The notes beneath the pieces were generated by a model. It worked only from the letters and a program-made list of their open reading frames with translations. It searched no databases and was not told where the DNA came from. Of a stretch of 64,000 nt of DNA, positions 57,880 through 64,000 are shown piece after piece (positions within the stretch are counted from its first letter, which is position 1; each line of letters opens with the position of its first letter). Position numbers and translations under genes: made by a program. The DNA lies in the NCBI GenBank assembly GCA_016181175.1, contig JACOZV010000001.1, positions 259,519 through 323,518 of the forward strand, given 5' to 3'. This stretch comes from Candidatus Yanofskybacteria bacterium (GTDB taxonomy: Bacteria > Patescibacteriota > Minisyncoccia > 2-02-FULL-40-12 > IGHO2-01-FULL-4-A).

Positions 57880-59703
57880 ATGCCGGAACAGACACAGCCA
57901 CACCCGCTGCGCAGATTTATTATTTCCCTTAAGTTATACAGGGCACACATAGGATTGGGTAGTAACGAAAAGCTTATTAAGTTTGTTGATGAGCTTGTTC
58001 AAAGTGCTGAAAGAATTGAAACAAGGCAGGAGGCATCGGGCAGATCGGTTGGGTTAAGTTTTGAGTTTTTAGATTCAGTTTGCGGTTTCCTTTATAACCA
58101 ACTGCAAAAAGTAACAGCAGAAAACAATAAAAATAAGGCCGAAGCCAATAAATTATTGGAAAACCTGAAAAGTGCCGTTGAAGAAATAAAAGCTCTTCAA
58201 CGCCCTCCCCATTCGTTTGTTTTTTTTCAGAAGTTGGAAGAAAGAGGTGGCGAATTTTGGATTCGTACAAAAGATAGTACTGCTTTAGTATTTTCAGACG
58301 AATTGGTTGAGAAACTAAAAACCGCCAAAGCGGGCCAAAAGGTTCGGCTCAACGAATCCGGTGTAGCCATAGAATTGTTGGACGAGTTTGATAAAGACGG
58401 CGACATGGTGCAAGTTCTCGAGTTGTTGGGTGACAACCGATTGAGGGTTAGCCAAGAAAATAGGGGTGAAAGCATAGTTTTTATTTCTCCTTGTGTCCAA
58501 GAGGCGGATCTCAAAATAGGCGATAAGGTTTTACTTTCGCGATATAACAATTTAGTTACTGAAAAATTGTCCAGCTCCGAAGTAACCGAACTGGTTTTGC
58601 ATAAAGTTCCTAATTATACCTGGGATGATATTGGTGGTTTGGAAGAACAAATTGGTGCGTGGCGGGACGAAGTTGAAACCAACCTGGTTGATCCCGAATC
58701 AGCCAAAATTTACGGAATTGAGCAAACGAAAGGCGTTTTAATTACCGGTCCGCCCGGAGTCGGTAAGACTTTTCTCGTAAAAGTCGCGCTTAGCGAAACC
58801 GTAAAGTTTGTTAATCAGCAAACAGGCAGAAATATCGAGGGTTTTTATATCCTTGTAAACGGTCCAGCCGATATTTTGCGCGGTATTGTGGGGGATTCGC
58901 CGCGGCGAATCCAATATCTTTTCGCTGAAGCCAAAAGAAGGGCCAAGGAAGGCCATTTGGTTTTTATAATTTTGGATGAGTTCGAATCGTTATTTAGAAT
59001 ACGCGGCTCAATGGTTTTGGATGCCGGGGTTGGCAATGAAGATGTTAACCAGTTAAATGCTGAAATGGACGGCATTGAAGAATTGGATGGCGTACTGGTT
59101 GTGGCTTTGTCAAACAGGGCTGACCTAATTGACCCCGCCGTAATCAGACCCGGCAGGTTTGATCTCAAGATAGAAATTCCGAGATATGATAAAAAAACTG
59201 CCGCCAAAGTCTTTAGCAAATACATCAAACCGACACTCAAGTTCCATCACCAATATAAAAATCAAGACCCGGAACAAACTGCAAACCTGTTTGTTAACAA
59301 CATCGTTGATCTGTGTTATGACAGTCAGAGACCAGAAAATCAGCTGGCAGAAGTCATAGATGATGACTCCGGAGAATCTATCGTGTTCACTATTGGCAAC
59401 TTTATGTCCGGAGCTTTGATTAAAAACATAGTTTCAAGGGCAAAAAAAATTGCCCGTCGCCGGTTTGTGAATATTCCCAAAGAACAAGGCGAGAAAAGAG
59501 AATTAGAAGGGCTTATGTTGGACGACTTTTTCCAATCCATTGCAATAATTATCAGAAGCGAAATTAAATTACCGACCGGCGAGCAGGCACTAGAAGAATG
59601 GCTTCAAATTGAAGGTTATCAACACAGAAAAATAAGAAGAATGCGTTTTCTTTTGGACAAGAAAGATCCGTCCCGGACACCGGAACGCAGGGTCATGTCT
59701 TAA
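57880..59703 (+). CDS. proteasome-associated AAA ATPase (ARC/Mpa-like): coiled coil + OB-like region + AAA module
   Basis: GPPGVGKT Walker A, IILDEF Walker B, N-terminal coiled coil. Confidence 0.75.
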   Translation: MPEQTQPHPLRRFIISLKLYRAHIGLGSNEKLIKFVDELVQSAERIETRQEASGRSVGLSFEFLDSVCGFLYNQLQKVTAENNKNKAEANKLLENLKSAVEEIKALQRPPHSFVFFQKLEERGGEFWIRTKDSTALVFSDELVEKLKTAKAGQKVRLNESGVAIELLDEFDKDGDMVQVLELLGDNRLRVSQENRGESIVFISPCVQEADLKIGDKVLLSRYNNLVTEKLSSSEVTELVLHKVPNYTWDDIGGLEEQIGAWRDEVETNLVDPESAKIYGIEQTKGVLITGPPGVGKTFLVKVALSETVKFVNQQTGRNIEGFYILVNGPADILRGIVGDSPRRIQYLFAEAKRRAKEGHLVFIILDEFESLFRIRGSMVLDAGVGNEDVNQLNAEMDGIEELDGVLVVALSNRADLIDPAVIRPGRFDLKIEIPRYDKKTAAKVFSKYIKPTLKFHHQYKNQDPEQTANLFVNNIVDLCYDSQRPENQLAEVIDDDSGESIVFTIGNFMSGALIKNIVSRAKKIARRRFVNIPKEQGEKRELEGLMLDDFFQSIAIIIRSEIKLPTGEQALEEWLQIEGYQHRKIRRMRFLLDKKDPSRTPERRVMS

Positions 59704-59745
59704 TAAAATAAATAAAACCTCGCTTTACTTGGCGAGGTTTTTTAC
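59704..59745 (+). terminator. rho-independent terminator
   Basis: cctcgctttacttggcgagg + T-run. Confidence 0.6.
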
Positions 59746-59789
59746 TTAGAGTGGTTTAATTAGTGCAGATCTTTAAAAACGAGAGGAAT

Positions 59790-61445
59790 ATGAGTATTAA
59801 AAAAATTGTTGGAATAGAAACCGAGCTAAGACTTGACTGCGTCGATCCCGAAAATGACAAAAACCGAAAGAATTCTGGAGAATTGGAAGATTACGTGCTT
59901 CCGGGGAGTGTTGTTAAAAACGCGTTGAGCCAATCTGGTGGAGTTGTCGCCGTTGGTTCCGACACGCAACCCGCAAATTTGCAAAAAAATTTGGCGATTG
60001 TGGAAAATTTAAAAAAACTTTATCCGTCGTCACAAAAAGCCATACAAGAGCATTTGGAAAACAGAAGCGCAAGAAAGCGGGACCGTGGCATATCTGAAGA
60101 AGACTGCCTTGATACATATCAAAGATTTGGCCTTTCGGGCGGTTATACGTTTTCGGGTTTTAGGATTTATGTTGATGGAACTCATCCCGAAGTGTCAACG
60201 CCTGAATGTGCCACTCCTTTTGATTTGGTTTGCCGGCAAAAAGCCGGGGAAAGGATCATAGAAGAGGGCAGAAAGAAAACCGAAGAAGAAACCGGACGAC
60301 GGATTACGCTTTCGGCTGACAACAGCGACGGTTTGGGGGGAAGCTGGGGTTCTCACGAAAATTACCTTGTAAGCGATGAGCTTTTCGAGAGCCTTACTGA
60401 GGAAGGATGCCACCGTCACGATTTTCGCAGAACCCTTAATTCATATCAGGACTTTTGGGCCTCTTTTTTGGTGACACGTTTTGTATTTTGTGGTTCTGGC
60501 AAAATGGGCAGTGAAATTGACCAGGATTTGGAAAATAAATTTTTGATTTCGCAAAGAGCGGAGTTTATAAGCTGTAATTTTAGTCATAGAACCATGGAAC
60601 ACCGTCCCATTATAAATCTGCGCGATATTCCTTATGTTGGACCCGGATTTGGCCGGAGGCTGCACGTAATAATTGGTGACTCTAACATGTGTGAACCGGC
60701 AATTTACCTAAAAGTTGGCACGGCGATGATAATGCTGATGATGTTAGAAGATAATTTTATTTCTGAAGGTTCTTTCCCTATTTTTGAAAAACCGGTTAAA
60801 GCCTTGCAAACCGTCATGTCTGACGTTGATTGCTCCAATCTCCTAGATGTCTATGTTGGCGGTCAGTTTAGACACATGACCGCGATAGATATACAGAAGT
60901 TTTTTTGCGAATTGGCGGCAAAATGGCTTGAAGAACGTTTTAAAAATACCAGCGACAAAAAATCTGTTTCTTGGGTTTCGGAAGTTTTGTTCAGATTAGA
61001 TCAAGTTTTGACCAAGTTAAAAAATGATCCCATGGATCTTTTTGGCACAATTGACTGGGTGACCAAGTATGGCTTATGTTGTTCTGAACTTGAAAACCGA
61101 AATGCTGGTTGGACAGACGTAACCTCGCGTTCGAACCCGCTATTTCGCCGTTTGATCGGGATATGCGGCGCATATCATAGGTTAGACGAACTTGGCATAT
61201 ACAATAAATTAGAAGAAGCTCAAGAAGTTGAACGTATTGTTCAGGACGTTAATATTCACATTGCTTGTCTTGAGCCGCCGCAAGGCACCAGGGCTTTTGA
61301 GAGGGGCAAATTTCTTAGACATTTCAGGGACGACATATATCTTGTAAACTGGAACCTCATTTGCATTAAACGCAATCCTTACAAAATATTTCTAAACAGT
61401 CCATATTCATTTTCACCCGCTTTAGATGTGGAGCAAGAATCATGA
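59790..61445 (+). CDS. Pup-ligase/deamidase (PafA/Dop) family homologue 1, divergent N-terminal motif
   Basis: IVGIETELRL (instead of ETEYG), HPEVSTPECATPFD; SD gagagga. Confidence 0.65.
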   Translation: MSIKKIVGIETELRLDCVDPENDKNRKNSGELEDYVLPGSVVKNALSQSGGVVAVGSDTQPANLQKNLAIVENLKKLYPSSQKAIQEHLENRSARKRDRGISEEDCLDTYQRFGLSGGYTFSGFRIYVDGTHPEVSTPECATPFDLVCRQKAGERIIEEGRKKTEEETGRRITLSADNSDGLGGSWGSHENYLVSDELFESLTEEGCHRHDFRRTLNSYQDFWASFLVTRFVFCGSGKMGSEIDQDLENKFLISQRAEFISCNFSHRTMEHRPIINLRDIPYVGPGFGRRLHVIIGDSNMCEPAIYLKVGTAMIMLMMLEDNFISEGSFPIFEKPVKALQTVMSDVDCSNLLDVYVGGQFRHMTAIDIQKFFCELAAKWLEERFKNTSDKKSVSWVSEVLFRLDQVLTKLKNDPMDLFGTIDWVTKYGLCCSELENRNAGWTDVTSRSNPLFRRLIGICGAYHRLDELGIYNKLEEAQEVERIVQDVNIHIACLEPPQGTRAFERGKFLRHFRDDIYLVNWNLICIKRNPYKIFLNSPYSFSPALDVEQES

Positions 61446-62956
61446 AACCACTAACCAGTTTTGCATGTGAGCTGGACCGGATTTACGGTACGGAAACAGA
61501 ATACGGCCTCTATTGGAATACCAATAAAACCGACATTTTTGATTTGATGGATAGAAATTTTGCTCTATCCATTACGGATTATGAAAACCTTTTTAACTGT
61601 TTTGATAACTTAAATTTTAGTCGATTGTCCGAATTTTTTGTTCAAAATGGCGGTTTAATCAAGAAAGATAATCCAAATGATTACTGTGATTGTACGCCAG
61701 AATTTGCCACACCGGAATGTAAATCAGCCAGAGACGCGGTTTGTTGGGAAAAAGCCGGGGAAATAATAATGCGGGGCTTGTTCGATCTTTCAGGTGCGAA
61801 TAATTCTGTTTTTTTGATGGTCAAGCACGGCCGCGGCATGGCAAATTATTGGGGTTTGGACGGCACAGTAGTGGAAGTTTCTTGCGGCCATCATGAAAAT
61901 TATTCATATGACGAAGAACTTAAAGCAAGATTAAAAAAAGACAGCTGGGAATCCTGCGTATTTGTTTCGTTTCTTGCCTCGCGTATTCTATTTAGCGGAG
62001 CAGGTTGGTTGGATTCAAAAGGTTTGGGTTATAAGTTAAGTCAACGGGTTGATTTTTTAGAACAAATTAAAGGTTTGAGCACAACCGAAAAACGAGCCCT
62101 GATTTGTACTCGTGATGAACCATTGGGAACACTAAGTCCGCCACGATTGCATCTTATTGCCGGCGATCATTTAATGTCGGAAGTGGCCTTGTATTTAACC
62201 CTTGGATCCACGGGTTTGGTTGTGAGGATGTTGGAATCGGGATACGATTTTGCCGGTGTGCCAATTTTGGAAAATCCGATTTTGGCCTTGCGTATATTTA
62301 ATTCGGACCCGTTGTTAAAAAATAAGGCAATGCTTAGCGGACTCCAAAAAGAAATAACTGCTCTTGAAATTCAGGAATATTTTTGTGCCAGAGCCGGTGA
62401 GTTTATTAATTGTAACCCGTCGACTGAAGAAGAAAATGATATTGTAGCCTATTGGGCAAGCGTGCTGAAGCGTCTCAAAAAAGATATTTACTCTCTTTAT
62501 GGTGAACTCGACTGGGTTACCAAATTGTGTTTAATGGAATCTTATTTGGAAAAATACGGCATTTGTCCCGAGAGGATTAGGGAGACCAATGGTTTGCCGC
62601 TAGAAACTTTAAATTGTTGCATGAGCCTTGATCTGACATATCATTTTATCACGCCTGACGGCCTGTATAACAAACTTAAAGAAGCGGGTTTGATCAAAAG
62701 GCTTCTGTCTGACGAAGAAATAACTCATGCCGTGACCAATCCGCCGCAAGATACCAGAGCAAGAATTAGGGGAGAAATGATTCAACTTATGAAGTCTGGC
62801 AAAATAGAAGGCCGAGTTGGCAATTGGAATAGCTTTAGCTTAAGTGGTCTTCCGCCGCACCAGCGTTTGGTTAGATCCGTCATAGGCATGGAAGATCCTT
62901 TTGATTTTTATTGCAAAGTATGGCAAGATCAAAAAAGATCATTAGGCTTCTCTTAA
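61442..62956 (+). CDS. Pup-ligase/deamidase (PafA/Dop) family homologue 2
   Basis: YGTETEYGLYW and TPEFATPECKSARD match PafA/Dop N-terminal signatures; ATGA overlap with homologue 1. Confidence 0.7.
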   Translation: MKPLTSFACELDRIYGTETEYGLYWNTNKTDIFDLMDRNFALSITDYENLFNCFDNLNFSRLSEFFVQNGGLIKKDNPNDYCDCTPEFATPECKSARDAVCWEKAGEIIMRGLFDLSGANNSVFLMVKHGRGMANYWGLDGTVVEVSCGHHENYSYDEELKARLKKDSWESCVFVSFLASRILFSGAGWLDSKGLGYKLSQRVDFLEQIKGLSTTEKRALICTRDEPLGTLSPPRLHLIAGDHLMSEVALYLTLGSTGLVVRMLESGYDFAGVPILENPILALRIFNSDPLLKNKAMLSGLQKEITALEIQEYFCARAGEFINCNPSTEEENDIVAYWASVLKRLKKDIYSLYGELDWVTKLCLMESYLEKYGICPERIRETNGLPLETLNCCMSLDLTYHFITPDGLYNKLKEAGLIKRLLSDEEITHAVTNPPQDTRARIRGEMIQLMKSGKIEGRVGNWNSFSLSGLPPHQRLVRSVIGMEDPFDFYCKVWQDQKRSLGFS

Positions 62957-62967
62957 GAGGTGATGAA

Positions 62968-63150
62968 ATGTCGCAGGAAGAAAAAACCAAAAAAAGGCCT
63001 GGCGATAATCGCGAACCGCAAGAAGAATCAAGAAAAAAAGCAGAACGAGAGCGAAGATCAAAAAAGCATAAAGACATTCTTGAAGACCTTCAAGATGTAA
63101 TAGGTGAAACGGAAAAACAAAGGCAGAAGGGCCGCAAGGGCGGTCAGTAA
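62968..63150 (+). CDS. prokaryotic ubiquitin-like protein (Pup/UBact-like), 60 aa, C-terminal GGQ
   Basis: disordered K/R/E-rich N-terminus, ILEDLQDVIGETE helix, ...KGRKGGQ-stop; SD agaggtga. Confidence 0.65.
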   Translation: MSQEEKTKKRPGDNREPQEESRKKAERERRSKKHKDILEDLQDVIGETEKQRQKGRKGGQ

Positions 63151-63151
63151 A

Positions 63152-63177
63152 GCGGATTTAATCCGCTTTTTTTCTTG
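63152..63177 (+). terminator. rho-independent terminator
   Basis: agcggatttaatccgct + T-run. Confidence 0.6.
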
Positions 63178-63241
63178 ACTTCAGCATGGTATCTAGGATA
63201 AACTTTTAGCAACTTGCTGTTTGAAATTTATAGGGGATATT

Positions 63242-64000
63242 ATGGAATTTCTAACCGCCGAAGAGGTTTTTGATAAATCTAGTGCTGAAGCGTTTAAGGG
63301 GTTAAATGATACAAATGGCGTCAGTATTGCTGACATTGGAAAGTTTTTATTGCACGGCACGACTGATTTAGCCATTCTTTTTGAGAGCGGGATAGTGTTA
63401 GCTACAGACGGCCGAGCCGCCGGACAAGATATGCATATCGGAGATGAATTTTTTGACAAAACATGCATGCTTGATAGTCACTCCCTGATTGCAATTTCTG
63501 GCGTTCCCGGGCTGGGTTTTTCCATGGCGAAACTAATAAGAGCAAGATTCATGTTTTCAGCAATGGACCACGAAAACCTTCCGCTTCCTGCCGAGACCAA
63601 AGCCAATGTCGTTGCCGCAAGCATCAGGGATAATTTGGGTTTGGTGTTAACTCACAAACTGGTTGTTCAGCCAATTTTGGCAATTTTTGATTTAAGTGAA
63701 TCCAAACCGTGCGGTAAAATTTTTAGCATCTGGATTGACGGAACGGTGCAAAAAGGAAACCGCTACGTTACTTGCGGTTCTGGCGGTCAAGTCGCGGACG
63801 TTGTTCTGGACCTGGCCCTTAACGTTATAAAAAAGAAACCGGACCAACTTTCACTCCAGGATGCCCAACATCTAGCGGTCTTAGCGCTTGAGTATGCCCA
63901 CAAAAGAGATGCGGCCACCGGAGGAAAGATATTTATGCGCGTTATTACCAAACACGGCGTAGAGTCCGTTTCGGAAGAAGAGATAAGCGGGTTTAGCGAA
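63242..64000 (+). CDS. prcB: 20S proteasome beta subunit (partial, runs off window)
   Basis: propeptide then HGTTDLAILFESGIVLATDGRA (N-terminal Thr nucleophile context); ORF open at window end. Confidence 0.75.
   Translation, partial: MEFLTAEEVFDKSSAEAFKGLNDTNGVSIADIGKFLLHGTTDLAILFESGIVLATDGRAAGQDMHIGDEFFDKTCMLDSHSLIAISGVPGLGFSMAKLIRARFMFSAMDHENLPLPAETKANVVAASIRDNLGLVLTHKLVVQPILAIFDLSESKPCGKIFSIWIDGTVQKGNRYVTCGSGGQVADVVLDLALNVIKKKPDQLSLQDAQHLAVLALEYAHKRDAATGGKIFMRVITKHGVESVSEEEISGFSE

Noticed and set aside
57977-59540. Minus-strand ORFs within the ARC/Mpa-like ATPase gene
   Set aside because: Antisense shadows.

Overview
This 64-kb window is low-GC (~40%), gene-dense bacterial DNA with short intergenic regions, many 4-nt ATGA gene overlaps and many small palindromic repeats. 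The style suggests a small-genome, possibly CPR/Patescibacteria-like lineage, but this is inference only. The standard genetic code is used: long uninterrupted ORFs such as SecA, UvrB and SecD are found.

Main blocks:
(i) 0-35 kb is a surface-glycan/cell-envelope locus. It encodes two GT2 glycosyltransferases, a SPASM radical SAM enzyme and two B12-binding radical SAM enzymes, two SAM methyltransferases, a TPP enzyme, GDP-mannose 4,6-dehydratase, GmhA-like isomerase, cytidylyltransferase, initiating sugar transferase, Wzy/O-antigen-ligase-like protein, flippase-like protein, YfhO-like membrane protein, NAD epimerase, a 5'-truncated UDP-glucose dehydrogenase and MurB.
(ii) 35-47 kb is housekeeping: hpf-secA, cyclophilin, two PD-(D/E)xK nucleases and secD/secF.
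(iii) 46-52 kb holds a sigma-region-4/HARE-HTH protein, a membrane protein, a FtsK/HerA/TraD-superfamily ATPase and an HD hydrolase.
(iv) 52.4-54 kb has tRNA-Lys(UUU) with a duplicated 3' half, next to a GC-rich foreign-looking segment carrying an SPFH gene interrupted by an in-frame TGA.
(v) After uvrB, ruvA and femAB-like genes, 57.9 kb to the window end is a Pup(UBact)-proteasome module: ARC/Mpa-like AAA ATPase, two PafA/Dop-family homologues, a 60-aa Pup-like protein ending in GGQ, and a 20S proteasome beta subunit running off the window.

Superimposed on all of this are at least three families of inverted-repeat elements. Two different families each enclose a YhbQ-like GIY-YIG nuclease ORF, one intact and one with an in-frame TAA lying between secD and secF. 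ORF-less copies of the same repeats occur in intergenic regions. One copy sits in-frame inside a coding sequence, and several copies abut start codons.
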